DNA of 64,000 nucleotides. It comes from Bacillota bacterium (lineage in GTDB: Bacteria; Bacillota; Clostridia; Peptostreptococcales; Anaerovoracaceae). Shown here piece after piece: positions 1 through 9,977 of the stretch (position 1 is its first letter; every line of letters begins with the position of its first letter). A program made the position numbers and the translations under genes. The notes beneath the pieces were generated by a model that was not told where the DNA came from, made no database searches, and saw nothing but the letters and a program-made list of their open reading frames with translations. The stretch is taken from NCBI GenBank assembly GCA_022790955.1, contig JAAVYD010000143.1, forward strand, positions 4,635-68,634, written 5' to 3'.

Positions 1-76
1 TTGATATTTAAAAATATTAAATAAATCAGACAGTAAAGGAATTCCTACTGTTAAGTAATGCCAAAGGAGATTATTA

Positions 77-1081
77 ATGTTTAACTTTCTTATTCTCAGT
101 TTTCTTTCGGGGGTAATTGAATTAGGAGTTATTTATCTCGGGATTGTTCAGAATTTTTCTATTTATTTGATAATAATGCTTCCGTTTTTCTATCAAATGG
201 GAAATTTGATGATAAGTATACTTCCTAAAAGAAAAACGTTAGATGCTATTTTTTCATGGACAGTATGTTTTTTGTCAATTATTTATTATATATATCCTAA
301 TTTTGGGATTTTAGCTATTCAATTGGCATTTAGTTCTTATTGTCTTCAACTTATGAGGGTACATCATAAAAGTTCATGTCCTGCATGGTTGAAACGCAGT
401 TTTCGAATAGCCGGTTTTGCATTATCCCCAATTATGATTTGGGGCCGAGGACAGGTCATACTTCTTCTTAGTTCTCTATTTTGCATTTTTTTAATCAACA
501 AAGATGCTATAGTGCAGGGAGAAAATAAAAAAATGTTTCAAAAGTGGAATGTTCAAATAACAGGAATATCAATGGTTATGGTTTTTCATCAGTTACATTA
601 TTTCGTGTATACCTACATTATGCCTATACTTGTATATAAGATGACCGAAAGCATTATAACGTCTAGTTTGGTATTTTCTGTGACTTGGATAGTTTATCTT
701 TTGCCTCAAACTATCGCTGAAAAATTAAATATTACTAATTATAAAAAAATGTTTTTTTTCTGCCATCTATTTTTGGCAGCGTGTATGGCGACTATAGCTA
801 TATCTGCATATTTTTGTAATACAACTATTGTTCTTCTGTTTTGGTTATTAACAGGATTTGGAGGAGGGAGTGTGTTTTGCATTAAATATCTTTGCAAAAA
901 ATACGAATCTATAAATATGGATTTTTCTGAAAATATTGGGCATTTTGTAGGTCCTTTGATTGCGGCTTACTTTTGTCATATGACTACAGAATATATATTT
1001 GTAGTTCTTCCTGCAATATCCTGTTTCTTTGTCATTATTGCGTTGATATTATCAATACATACTGTAAATAAGGGGATATAA
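77..1081 (+). CDS. Polytopic integral membrane protein, unknown family
   Basis: 334-aa ORF with AAAGGAG upstream of the ATG. About 10 hydrophobic segments and no catalytic motif recognised. The stop lies 2 nt before the next ATG. Confidence 0.6.
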   Translation: MFNFLILSFLSGVIELGVIYLGIVQNFSIYLIIMLPFFYQMGNLMISILPKRKTLDAIFSWTVCFLSIIYYIYPNFGILAIQLAFSSYCLQLMRVHHKSSCPAWLKRSFRIAGFALSPIMIWGRGQVILLLSSLFCIFLINKDAIVQGENKKMFQKWNVQITGISMVMVFHQLHYFVYTYIMPILVYKMTESIITSSLVFSVTWIVYLLPQTIAEKLNITNYKKMFFFCHLFLAACMATIAISAYFCNTTIVLLFWLLTGFGGGSVFCIKYLCKKYESINMDFSENIGHFVGPLIAAYFCHMTTEYIFVVLPAISCFFVIIALILSIHTVNKGI

Positions 1082-1083
1082 TT

Positions 1084-1908
1084 ATGAAAAATGAAACGAT
1101 TTATAGAGCAAAAGTGTTATGTACACCTTCAAAATTACCGGCATCAGATTATGTAATTAATCCGTATATTGGCTGCATACACCATTGTAAATATTGTTAT
1201 GCCTCATTTATGGGACCCTTTACGGGTCATATGGAACCATGGGGAACATATCTTGAACCAAAAAAATATATGTCGTACAAGCTTCCGAGTAAATTAGATC
1301 AGTCAAAGACGATTCTTATTGGTTCTGTTACGGATGCTTATAATCCAGCAGAGAGTAAATATCGTTTGATGCCACCAATTTTAGAAGCTTTGAAAGAATG
1401 CCCGGCTCATATTGAGATTCTTACTAAGTCTAGTTTGATTTTGCGAGATGTTGATTTGCTAAAAGAAATATCTGATCTTGCAGTTGGAATATCTTTGTCG
1501 AATCTTGACGAATCGGATAATAAGGTAATAGAACCTGGAGCTTCTACGGCAAAAGAACGTTTGAAAACATTGAAAGAACTTCATGAAAATGGCATTAAGA
1601 CATATATTTTTATTGCACCGTATTTACCTGGAGTTACCAGTTTGGATTTGCTTTACGATGCTTGTGAAGGTATTGTGGATTATATTTGCGTGGAAAATCT
1701 AAATTTGCGTGGGAATTATAAGCAGCCGATGTTGGATATTATTAAGAAGTTTCATCCAGATTTATATGAATTGTGGCTCGATATCTATACACGTAAGAAA
1801 GGAGGGGCATACTGGGCTGAGGTAGAAAAAAAGATTGGGATATTGAAAAAAAAATCAAGCATTCCGATTATTTCTTATATGTATCATGAAAAGATTAAAA
1901 AGTTATAA
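1084..1908 (+). CDS. Radical SAM protein (SPL/photolyase-like branch, tentative)
   Basis: 274 aa with the CxxxCxxC cluster motif GCIHHCKYCYA near the N-terminus. Size and layout resemble Rv2578c/SPL-type radical SAM proteins. Confidence 0.75.
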   Translation: MKNETIYRAKVLCTPSKLPASDYVINPYIGCIHHCKYCYASFMGPFTGHMEPWGTYLEPKKYMSYKLPSKLDQSKTILIGSVTDAYNPAESKYRLMPPILEALKECPAHIEILTKSSLILRDVDLLKEISDLAVGISLSNLDESDNKVIEPGASTAKERLKTLKELHENGIKTYIFIAPYLPGVTSLDLLYDACEGIVDYICVENLNLRGNYKQPMLDIIKKFHPDLYELWLDIYTRKKGGAYWAEVEKKIGILKKKSSIPIISYMYHEKIKKL

Positions 1909-1919
1909 GGAGAAGGAAT

Positions 1920-2852
1920 ATGACATACACATTAGCCAATATACGGATGAAAAATTATTTAACAGCATCATCTAGCCCTTTAACGGAATCTATTGAACGC
2001 CTGAGATGTTGTTATGAAGCTGGATTTTCTTCAGCGATATTGAAAAGTTCCGCAGCATATGTAAAAACAGGAACTGGACATGGAAGGAAAATTGTATATG
2101 TTAAAGATGGCTATTATGCAGACGCATCTTTTGAACGAGAAATTTTAACATTAGAAGAAGGGATCGAACTCTATAAAGAAGCTGTAAAAAATTGCCCGTC
2201 TGATATGCTTTTAATTCCAAGTGTAAGCGCGTCTTCATTAGAAACAGAAAAATGGCTTAAACCTTGTAGTCAATTCGAGTTATATGGGGCGCCACTGATT
2301 CAATTAGATTTTTTTTATCTTGGGACATTAGAACATGATGAGAGATTTTATAAAAAACTAAAAATATTACTGGTAAAGCTTGTTCAGGGTTTAGATTGTA
2401 CTATTATGCCAAAACTGAATTTAAATTTTGAGCCAGAAAGGACTTGCAAAGTACTGAAAGAAAGTGGAATTAAAACGGTATCCCTCTTAGATTCTATGAG
2501 AGAAATTCCGGATTCTAATTTAGGATTGCGCGAAGGTACTACATCTTATTTTGGAGCGCGTCAATTGCCATATACTATTAAATATTTGAAAATAGCAAAA
2601 CAATATGGATTGGAAGTCTGTGCCGGTGGTGGCGTGACCTCAAAGAATGATGTGGATTTGTTGCTGGCGACAGGTGCTGATATGGTTCAGGTGGCATCAT
2701 ATATTTTAAATCGAGATTTTAGAGCAGTAGAAGAACTACTTGATGCTAAACTTTGTTCAGATACTCGTTCAGATATAACCAAACATAATCCGTGGTGTGA
2801 TTGTGAAAATGGAAAGAAATGTGAAAAGTGCGGAGCATGTGTGCCACATTAG
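1920..2852 (+). CDS. Dihydroorotate/dihydropyrimidine dehydrogenase-like FMN TIM-barrel protein with Cys-rich tail
   Basis: 310 aa, with a GGAGAAGG RBS. The C-terminal barrel signature GGGVTSKNDVDLLLATGADMVQVAS is present. There is an added tail CDCENGKKCEKCGAC (CxCx5CxxCxxC). Confidence 0.55.
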   Translation: MTYTLANIRMKNYLTASSSPLTESIERLRCCYEAGFSSAILKSSAAYVKTGTGHGRKIVYVKDGYYADASFEREILTLEEGIELYKEAVKNCPSDMLLIPSVSASSLETEKWLKPCSQFELYGAPLIQLDFFYLGTLEHDERFYKKLKILLVKLVQGLDCTIMPKLNLNFEPERTCKVLKESGIKTVSLLDSMREIPDSNLGLREGTTSYFGARQLPYTIKYLKIAKQYGLEVCAGGGVTSKNDVDLLLATGADMVQVASYILNRDFRAVEELLDAKLCSDTRSDITKHNPWCDCENGKKCEKCGACVPH

Positions 2853-3024
2853 ACATTGTAATTGAGATTTTAAAGAAAGTCACAAACAGTGTTTGACTTT
2901 CAGAAATAGAATTAATTCAAAATTGAGTAATGAAAAGGTTTCATATGAAAAATGCTTTATACCAATACAATTTGGTAAACATACTAATATATGGATGAAA
3001 TAATGGATGGTATACAAACAATAA

Positions 3025-3888
3025 ATCGAATCCAAAGCGGATGAGCTGCAGACGATTATCATGAAATTGCCAAACGGCGTAAGGTTCCATAACGTGCCCA
3101 CCGGAAAGACAAGCGCCACAGGCGTTAGCGTAGAAATAAACGGCAACACAAAGTTCTATCTTTCCGCGCCACTTACCTAGACGGAGGAAGTGGAAGATTC
3201 CTAATTTGCTCTATGATGGGTAGCATCACCAAGGACTATAGCATCTATAAGATTACTACAGGCGGTGCCACACAGGATCTTGCTCTGATATTTGATGCGG
3301 GTGTAGATGATGAGAAAAATGTGGATTTTGGTGTGAGCTGGATAAAAATGGTGGCCGTGGAGACCGTAAAAAAGGCTCAAACAAGCAATGCCGCTATTGC
3401 GGAGGCTGTTTATGAGCTTTACAGTGATGCTGCCTGCACAAGCCTGCTCACAACGATGCCCGCTACAGACAGCAACGGTAGATACAATGTTACTCTTACA
3501 AAGGCACAGGATACGGTATATCTGGAAGAAATTTCCTAACCGGTCGTTTATGTGCTGGATAACATCAGTCTAATAATAGTGGAAGGGAGTGCCTTAAAGA
3601 CTGTAACAGATAAAGAGCAGCTGGCAAGTCTTATCACATATAAACACGGTAAAGTGATGACCAAGGCAAATGTGGCCGATGACGGTGTGGCGTTTTCCTA
3701 TACAGAGTAGATACGACCGGGGTTGTTTACAACGTATATGCTGGTGTCGAAATCGTGGCGACGGACAGAAATGTTGTGTATGTTAAGTAGATATGCTCTG
3801 TTTTGTGATGAGAAAAAAGGACAAAGGCTCTTCAGTGAAGCCGGAGATAAAGCCAGTGTTTATGCGGGTCACCGGACAGGAGGGCTAA
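3025..3888 (+). pseudogene. Decayed fragment of a Cna-B type surface adhesin, paralogous to the gene at 13398-17711
   Basis: At least four consecutive open segments in different frames (3025-3180, 3213-3539, 3541-3710, about 3715-3888). They read collinearly with roughly residues 355-600 of the 13398 adhesin. Examples: KLPNGVRFHNVPTGKTSATG..FYLSA vs TVPKDVTCHNLTKETSATNG..FYLSA, and AVYELYSDAACTSLLTTMPATDSNG vs AVYGIYTDKKCENLFLTMTATGADG. There is no signal peptide and no sorting signal. Confidence 0.75.
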
Positions 3889-4135
3889 TTTTTTTGGTCG
3901 GAAAATGGAGTATGCTATTTAGGTGTGTATCGAGTTTACGTAGTTTAATATTCTTGAGTAAAGAAACCATGATTTCGGAGCAATGAGGTTCATCCGCAAA
4001 TTTTAGTATATGATAGAAAATAATTTTATAAATGCTGATATACTGAATTCCCCGAACGGGTATTAATTCCAAATACTATGTTTGTGGAAGAACCAACAAT
4101 GGAAATCTATATTCTGGATACGAGAACCGCTTTTG

Positions 4136-4172
4136 ATTGGCTCGATTACCATTTATAAGAAATCGAGCCAAT
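4136..4172. repeat. Perfect 12-bp inverted repeat with 13-nt loop
   Basis: ATTGGCTCGATT (4136-4147) and AATCGAGCCAAT (4161-4172). No U-run follows on either strand. Confidence 0.8.
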
Positions 4173-4546
4173 GTCAAGCCTTGAGCCGCTTTGCGGGGTG
4201 TTAGTTGGCTTTACTTTTGTAAGATTTCTTGTATTCTGGATAATCGTCAATCGGTTTTCTGATCACTGGGGGCATGGATGTCAATGCTGGAATCTTCACG
4301 CAGTGGCAGTCAAAAGAATATAGGTACTGATAGATAAGTAATAGAAAAAATATGTGTATAGTGTAGGAAAAACATTGATATCTGGTACGAGAAAAAGAAA
4401 TAACCAATATGACATTTGCTTATAGGAAAATTGTGAATTGTAAAAGTAAATTAAAAAATTGGGATATACGATTAAAAAATACAATTTTCTATTGACCATC
4501 TTGCACAAAAATGTTATACTATAAATGGAAAATATGTGCAATGTAA

Positions 4547-5020
4547 ATGAGGAAGAGGTGGTCATATGTTGAGAAAAAAAGTAAGTACCCCGAAAAAGTT
4601 TCTGACTGCCAAGATACGTTACCAATCACCGTAGAGAATGGCATTATAACAAAAGGAACATCCCCTATTCCTGTCATAGGAAGTTTTGGCGGAATGATTT
4701 TTTCGGGTGCTGTGTTTGGAAACTCGGAGGCTATAATATTTTTGATTGTTGCGTCTCTAGTTAATATAATTTATTATGGGAGACCAATGCTGAAAATGTT
4801 TTTTGATTTTTTGCTAAAATATAAGGAGCAAAAGTATGATCAATCCATTTCGAAGACAGAAGCGAATGAACAGGAAAGAAAGATGAGACAGATGGAGTTA
4901 GATCATGCGTACAGGATGAAAGAATTGGAATTACAAGGAGGGAATAGCTATAAGTTATTTAACAGTTCAGTAATTCCGCCTGCAAATGTGGCAGAAGAAC
5001 AAAACAGATATTTAAGTTGA
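4547..5020 (+). CDS. Hypothetical small membrane/coiled-coil protein
   Basis: 157-aa ORF with one or two hydrophobic segments followed by a charged coiled-coil-like tail. The start is uncertain because an RBS-preceded ATG at 4566 is in another frame. Confidence 0.35.
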   Translation: MRKRWSYVEKKSKYPEKVSDCQDTLPITVENGIITKGTSPIPVIGSFGGMIFSGAVFGNSEAIIFLIVASLVNIIYYGRPMLKMFFDFLLKYKEQKYDQSISKTEANEQERKMRQMELDHAYRMKELELQGGNSYKLFNSSVIPPANVAEEQNRYLS

Positions 5021-5192
5021 TTCTGTAAAAAGTAAGCTTCCTCTACTTTGACATTGCAGTATGAATAAATATATGAAGCGAGGTAAAAAATATGATAATT
5101 ATAGTTTAGAAGGTGGTAACAAATTATCGGATAAAATTTGCTACCGCCTTTTGTATGGAAATCATAATATAATTTAAGGAGATATGATATAA

Positions 5193-6491
5193 ATGGATGA
5201 AAGATTGTTTAATATTAATAGTGATAATAGAGACATCCTTAATGCAATAAGATGTAAACCGGGGATTGAAAAAACAGTATTGGCAAAGGAGGTTAATGTA
5301 GCATTTAAAACTTTAGTAAAACAGTTAGAGTATCTGGAAGAAAAAAAATTTATCAATACAGAACCCAGTTTGAGAATAAATAGAGAAAGATTTTATATGT
5401 GTGGAATTAGTGTTGGAGGTTCACATTGTAAATTGACTATAACTGATGCAAATTATAATGCAATTAGTAAGGAAAAATTTGTTAATTTATGCGAAAAATA
5501 TAACGTATTTCAACAAGATTTTTTTATGAAAAAGAACAATATAACACCTTATGGATATAAATATTTTGAGACACCAGAAGAAAGAACACAGCTGGAGATA
5601 TTCTTAAAAAAAATAATAAAGGATATTATTAAATTGTATGATATTTCTATAGAAGAGGAATCTTTACCTAGTGTTATAAGTATTGGTATTGCATTTACAG
5701 GTTCTATAGATTCAGAAAAACAGGTAATAGTTCGTTCGCACAATTTAGATTATATGAAGAATGTATCGCGTGAGATGCTATTAGGTCCAGAGATCTTGAA
5801 TGCTTTGAAACAAAGAAAAATAGAATTTGTTATCGATCATAATGCAAAAGCAATGGCTGTATGTGAAAAGTTTTCTCTTTATCATATAGATAATATAAAT
5901 TATAATTATTTTAGTAAAAAGAATATTGCTTGTTTTTACTTAGGGTCTGGAATAGGATGTGGATTAATTTTGAATAATAGATTAATACGAGGATGTCACA
6001 ATTATAGTGGAGAGTTAGGGCATATACAAGTTCCGAGATATATTGAGTGTAAAGATGATGATATGGGAGAAGTTTGTACATGTGGAGCAAAAGAATGCTT
6101 AGAGCATTTAATCATACATGATGTATTTAAAATGAAAAGAAAGGAATTTCGAAAAATAACTTCTGAAAAAATAAGACAAGACATTTTTGAACTTAAAAAA
6201 AATGACGAGGAAGAATACAATAAAAGAATGAGAACCTTGGGGTACTATATAGGATGGGCTGTAGATACAATTACAAAATTGTTGAATGTTGGTTTGATAA
6301 TATTTTCAGGGAAAATGACTTGCTTTATTGAAGAAGCATGGCCGTATATAAAGCCGACGTATAGTGAATTAAATTATACGCTATTAGATTGTCCAATGAT
6401 TTTATCTAATTACGGTTCTTTAGCCCCATCGGTTGGAGCAGCTATTCTATCAGCATATCCGGCACATGAACTGATTGAATGGAAAATATAA
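5193..6491 (+). CDS. ROK-family transcriptional regulator (N-terminal wHTH plus ROK sugar-kinase-like domain)
   Basis: 432 aa with an AAGGAG RBS. ROK signature YLGSGIGCGLILNNRLIRGCHNYSGELGH plus the Zn motif CTCGAKEC. The N-terminal 60 aa look like a winged helix. Confidence 0.85.
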   Translation: MDERLFNINSDNRDILNAIRCKPGIEKTVLAKEVNVAFKTLVKQLEYLEEKKFINTEPSLRINRERFYMCGISVGGSHCKLTITDANYNAISKEKFVNLCEKYNVFQQDFFMKKNNITPYGYKYFETPEERTQLEIFLKKIIKDIIKLYDISIEEESLPSVISIGIAFTGSIDSEKQVIVRSHNLDYMKNVSREMLLGPEILNALKQRKIEFVIDHNAKAMAVCEKFSLYHIDNINYNYFSKKNIACFYLGSGIGCGLILNNRLIRGCHNYSGELGHIQVPRYIECKDDDMGEVCTCGAKECLEHLIIHDVFKMKRKEFRKITSEKIRQDIFELKKNDEEEYNKRMRTLGYYIGWAVDTITKLLNVGLIIFSGKMTCFIEEAWPYIKPTYSELNYTLLDCPMILSNYGSLAPSVGAAILSAYPAHELIEWKI

Positions 6492-6601
6492 GTAATAGTA
6501 TACTGTAATAAAATTCATCATAAAAATGCATTTGTAACCAGCGTTGAAAAAGATTTCACAGGAAAATAAAATGGACGATAAAATGTAGAAAGTATTGGTA
6601 T

Positions 6602-6640
6602 CTGGTATGAGAGATAAAGTCATCTCATACCAGTTTTTTT
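6602..6640 (+). terminator. Rho-independent terminator after the ROK gene
   Basis: Stem CTGGTATGAGA (6602-6612) pairs with TCTCATACCAG (6623-6633), followed by T7. Confidence 0.8.
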
Positions 6641-6663
6641 GTAAGCGCAAAATAGCGAGTACC

Positions 6664-6692
6664 TTGACATTTTGCGTTTACGTTTTTTTATA
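6664..6692 (+). promoter_or_regulatory. Candidate sigma-A promoter for the first gene of the conjugative element
   Basis: TTGACA (6664-6669), a 17-nt spacer, then TTTATA (6687-6692), about 30 nt upstream of the ATG at 6725. Confidence 0.4.
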
Positions 6693-6724
6693 CCATAATG
6701 CAAGGAAAGAGGTGAAATAAATTA

Positions 6725-7326
6725 ATGAAAGAAAACAAAGAATTTAATCCCAAGATACTCCGTAAAGAGGTCTTCGAAGTAAAAAGTCCTAAACGGATTG
6801 TAGTGGGAGATCCCTACTATATGGAAACAGTGCCACAAGAGAGACTAAATAAACTGGTTGCAGCGTATAACCCCCCCCGGAGTATTTTGAGACTCGACTG
6901 GTCATCGAAGAATCAGAGGCGACAATACCTTCGGATTGTGAAAAGCATAAATTTAGAGTCATCGAGATTTATATGGCTCCTCGAACAGCAATTGATATTT
7001 ATATGAAAGGCTGCATGTATGAAGGACAGAAGGTGGAGCAGAGACCAATCGGTGTGGATACGGCAAGATATATTATTGATGTGGGAGACAGAAGGGAAAC
7101 GTATCATACAGGGGGAGACGGATATTGGGGAGATGCCTATGAATACAGGCATAAAGAGGGAGAAAAATCCTATGTAGATGGGATAGAGATTGTGCTGACA
7201 ATGCCGGAATACATGTCCTTTGAAAAAGTAAAAGATTCCATGAATTATCTGTTTGAAGATATGTGTCCGTTGCCGGAAGAAACAGCGGAGAAGAAGCCAG
7301 CCAAAAAATACCAGCCAGAACGATAA
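6725..7326 (+). pseudogene. Frameshifted gene (DUF4241-like, tentative) split at a C8 tract
   Basis: The frame-2 ORF reads ...KLVAAYNPP up to the C8 run at 6871-6878. Frame 1 then continues sensibly as PEYFETRLVIEESEATIPSDCEKHKFRVIEIYMAPRT...TGGDGYWGDAYEY to 7326. A +1 or -2 change in tract length would fuse the two halves. Confidence 0.7.
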
Positions 7327-7414
7327 AAATATGTTGACTTCAATCAGCTGACTATGCTTGATGTAAGAACAATACAAGGAGGATATAGCACTGAATAAAA
7401 AGAACATTACTGAA

Positions 7415-8113
7415 ATGAATCCAGAACATTTTTGGAAATTGATAGAAGAAATGAAAGAACACTGCGGGCAGGATATGGTATGGGCGGCCCGGTGGATGAA
7501 GAACAGACTCTGCAGGCTGCCGCCGGAACAGGTACTAAAGTTCCACCTTATCCTGATGGGATATAAGGAAGCGGCAAATAAATACGGCCTTTGGACAGTC
7601 GCTGCGCTTATAAAAGAAATGGGATGTTCCGATGACGGATTTATTGATTTCAGGGCATGGCTGATCGCGCAGGGAAAAGATATTTATATGGCAGCTCTGG
7701 CGAATCCGGATTCCCTGGCTGCGGTAAAACAGTATGGATATTGTGAGTTTGAAAGTTTTAACTATGCAGCATCTAAAGCATATGAAGAACTGACAGGAAG
7801 AAGCGTCTACAGGGATTATACAGATGCTGAAATGAAAATAGTGGAAAAAGAACTGCTGCAGGACATCCGATATCACCCCATGATAGAGTATCCGCTCAAT
7901 CCCCCAGAGGCGGTGGTGGTATATCCAAAGGCGGGTAAGCAATTTATTCAAAAACATGATATCAATTGTCCGGCTTTTGCAGCCATATGGAATCCAAGTC
8001 TGCCGGAACTGAAGAAGCTGGTAGAAGAGGGAAAAAGGGAAGCCCATAAATATCAGAAAGAGAGACAGGGGAAGAAAAAAAGAAGTAAAGAACGTGGAGG
8101 AATAGAAAGATAA
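7415..8113 (+). CDS. DUF4240-like protein
   Basis: 232 aa. N-terminal pattern FWKLIEE...DGFIDFRAWLIAQGKDIYMAALANPDSLA as remembered for DUF4240, with a basic C-terminal tail. Confidence 0.6.
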   Translation: MNPEHFWKLIEEMKEHCGQDMVWAARWMKNRLCRLPPEQVLKFHLILMGYKEAANKYGLWTVAALIKEMGCSDDGFIDFRAWLIAQGKDIYMAALANPDSLAAVKQYGYCEFESFNYAASKAYEELTGRSVYRDYTDAEMKIVEKELLQDIRYHPMIEYPLNPPEAVVVYPKAGKQFIQKHDINCPAFAAIWNPSLPELKKLVEEGKREAHKYQKERQGKKKRSKERGGIER

Positions 8114-8205
8114 TGCAGGAAAATTTTATAATTGTTTTGTAATAAGCAGGCAAATACCTTTTAAGGAAATGTCTGCTTTTTTGTTAGAGGGAAAGAGGGG
8201 CGGTC

Positions 8206-8538
8206 ATGGGAAAAGTAAATATCAGTATTTATGAATTGTTGGCAGTAGCCAGAGAGACTCAAGGTTCAGATTATGTGAAAGGGGATTCCATGCTTTGTGA
8301 GCGGCGGTTTCAGGCTCAGACCAGACATATGATTGAGTTTTTAGTTACCGGTACACAAACAGAGATGGGAAGTCCGGGGGCATATTGCCGGAGGTTCCTG
8401 ACAGAGGAAATCTATAACAAAACTTTGCATCTGGCTGAAAAAGGGGAAATTTGTATTCAAAAACATGCCACAGTAGACAGAGGAAATCTGCAGTATAAGC
8501 CTGCAGCCTGTCAGCAAAGCCAGAAAGGGCAGGAATGA
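8206..8538 (+). CDS. Hypothetical protein
   Basis: 110-aa ORF with no motif recognised. An alternative frame is also open over 8476-8617, so a frameshift cannot be excluded. Confidence 0.35.
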   Translation: MGKVNISIYELLAVARETQGSDYVKGDSMLCERRFQAQTRHMIEFLVTGTQTEMGSPGAYCRRFLTEEIYNKTLHLAEKGEICIQKHATVDRGNLQYKPAACQQSQKGQE

Positions 8539-8637
8539 GATCCCTGACCAGCTGGAAAAGAACATATTCCCGGAACAGGACTGCCCGGATTTTCCAGTTT
8601 TGTTTCCGCAATTTTAATAAGAGAGGATGTGACATTT

Positions 8638-9546
8638 ATGGTAATCGGAATCGATCATGGCTATTATGCCATGAAAGGGAAAAATATTGTGTTCCCGACC
8701 GGAATTACGGCTTATGAATATGAGCCGTATACCATGCAGAATGTTCTGCAGTATCAGGGGAAATATTATGTCTGCGGTACGGGACGCCAGGCCTTATTAA
8801 AGGATAAGACTGCAAACCCCAATTATTATCTGCTGACAATGGCGGCAATGGCGCAGGAAATACGTTACCGGAAAGCCGGGAGAAAGACAAGGGTTGTTCT
8901 TGCAGCCGGACTCCCGCTTGCCGGATTTGGGAGGGAAAAGCGGCTGTTTAAGGAATACTTGCTGCGAAAAGAACAGCCGCTGGTGTTCCAATATGAAAAA
9001 GAATACTATGAAATATTGATTGAAGATGTGAAACTGTTTCCACAAGGGTACTCTGCCCTGGCTCTGCACCCGGAGTATATCAATGGAGAACCGTCTGTCC
9101 TGCTTGTGGATCTGGGAGGCTGGACGCTGGATTTGATGCGCCTTGACAATGCTGTTCCAAACGCAGCTACATGCCGCAGCCTGGAGCTGGGAGTGATCCG
9201 GTGCATTGATGAGATTATGGAGCAGGTGCGAAGGAGCAGCGGACTGTCTGTAACCGAGGTTCAGGTGGAACGTGTTCTGGCTGGCAGCTCCTGCAGCATG
9301 AACCAGAATGCAAAGGAGACAATCCTGCGGCATGGGCGTATCTATACAGAACGGATTCTGTCTGCCATTATGGAGGCTGGATTTGATCTGAGAGCGATTC
9401 CGTCCATATTCATGGGAGGGGGAGCGGCTATTTTAAAACGCCATGTAAAGCCACAGGACGGGCTGTGCCGGGCAATTTACCTGACAGATGTCCATGCCAA
9501 CGCTGCCGGGTATGAAAGGCTTGTAGGGCAGATGTCGAAGCAGTGA
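8638..9546 (+). CDS. parM: ParM/StbA-family actin-like segregation ATPase
   Basis: N-terminal phosphate-1 motif VIGIDHGYYAMKG. Later motifs are LLVDLGGWTLDL and FMGGGAAIL. AGAGGA RBS before the ATG at 8638. Confidence 0.75.
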   Translation: MVIGIDHGYYAMKGKNIVFPTGITAYEYEPYTMQNVLQYQGKYYVCGTGRQALLKDKTANPNYYLLTMAAMAQEIRYRKAGRKTRVVLAAGLPLAGFGREKRLFKEYLLRKEQPLVFQYEKEYYEILIEDVKLFPQGYSALALHPEYINGEPSVLLVDLGGWTLDLMRLDNAVPNAATCRSLELGVIRCIDEIMEQVRRSSGLSVTEVQVERVLAGSSCSMNQNAKETILRHGRIYTERILSAIMEAGFDLRAIPSIFMGGGAAILKRHVKPQDGLCRAIYLTDVHANAAGYERLVGQMSKQ

Positions 9547-9821
9547 GACGCCCGGTGTTCTCTTTCCGCCCCAACATGGACAACCCGGAGCACCGCAGGG
9601 CATGGGAAATGCTGCAGAATATTCCGGAGGGGCAGAAGAATGGCTTTCTGGTGCGGGCAATCTTAAAAGAAAGGGAAGCTGGTTATCTGGAAGAGGTGAT
9701 CCGGCAAGCTGTTCGGGAAGAGCTGAGTTGTGGCAGAACAGCACATAAAGCGACGCAGGATTTACAGGGGGAACTTCCCGGTCAGGTGCTGGATTTTATT
9801 TCTATGCTGCAGGAAGAATAG
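9543..9821 (+). CDS. Small protein coupled to parM (possible ParR-like adaptor)
   Basis: 92 aa. The GTG start overlaps the parM stop. Position and size fit a partition adaptor, but there is no sequence-level proof. Confidence 0.4.
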   Translation: MRRPVFSFRPNMDNPEHRRAWEMLQNIPEGQKNGFLVRAILKEREAGYLEEVIRQAVREELSCGRTAHKATQDLQGELPGQVLDFISMLQEE

Positions 9822-9977
9822 CCTTGTTTTTTGAAAGGGGGAATGCCTACTGAAAGAAGTAATTTATTTTATGTAGTCTGCTTCGTTTCCGATATTGATA
9901 TTTGTTGGGTATTGTGAATAGATATGTATGCATTTTTGGAGTATGTTGGGTGTAACAAAAAGAAAGGAGATACCCAA

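Noticed and set aside
4371-4400. Similarity between 4371-4400 and 6591-6620 (shared TATCTGGTA core, about 17/19 around it), flanking the ROK gene as if direct repeats.
   Set aside because: The match is short, gapped and AT-rich. The right copy is simply the stem of the ROK terminator. This is within chance expectation for 64 kb.
9903-9951. Two TGTTGGGT boxes 41 nt apart upstream of the tandem-RHH gene, as possible operators.
   Set aside because: An 8-mer occurring twice is weak evidence and no convincing promoter could be aligned to them. Kept only as a note.
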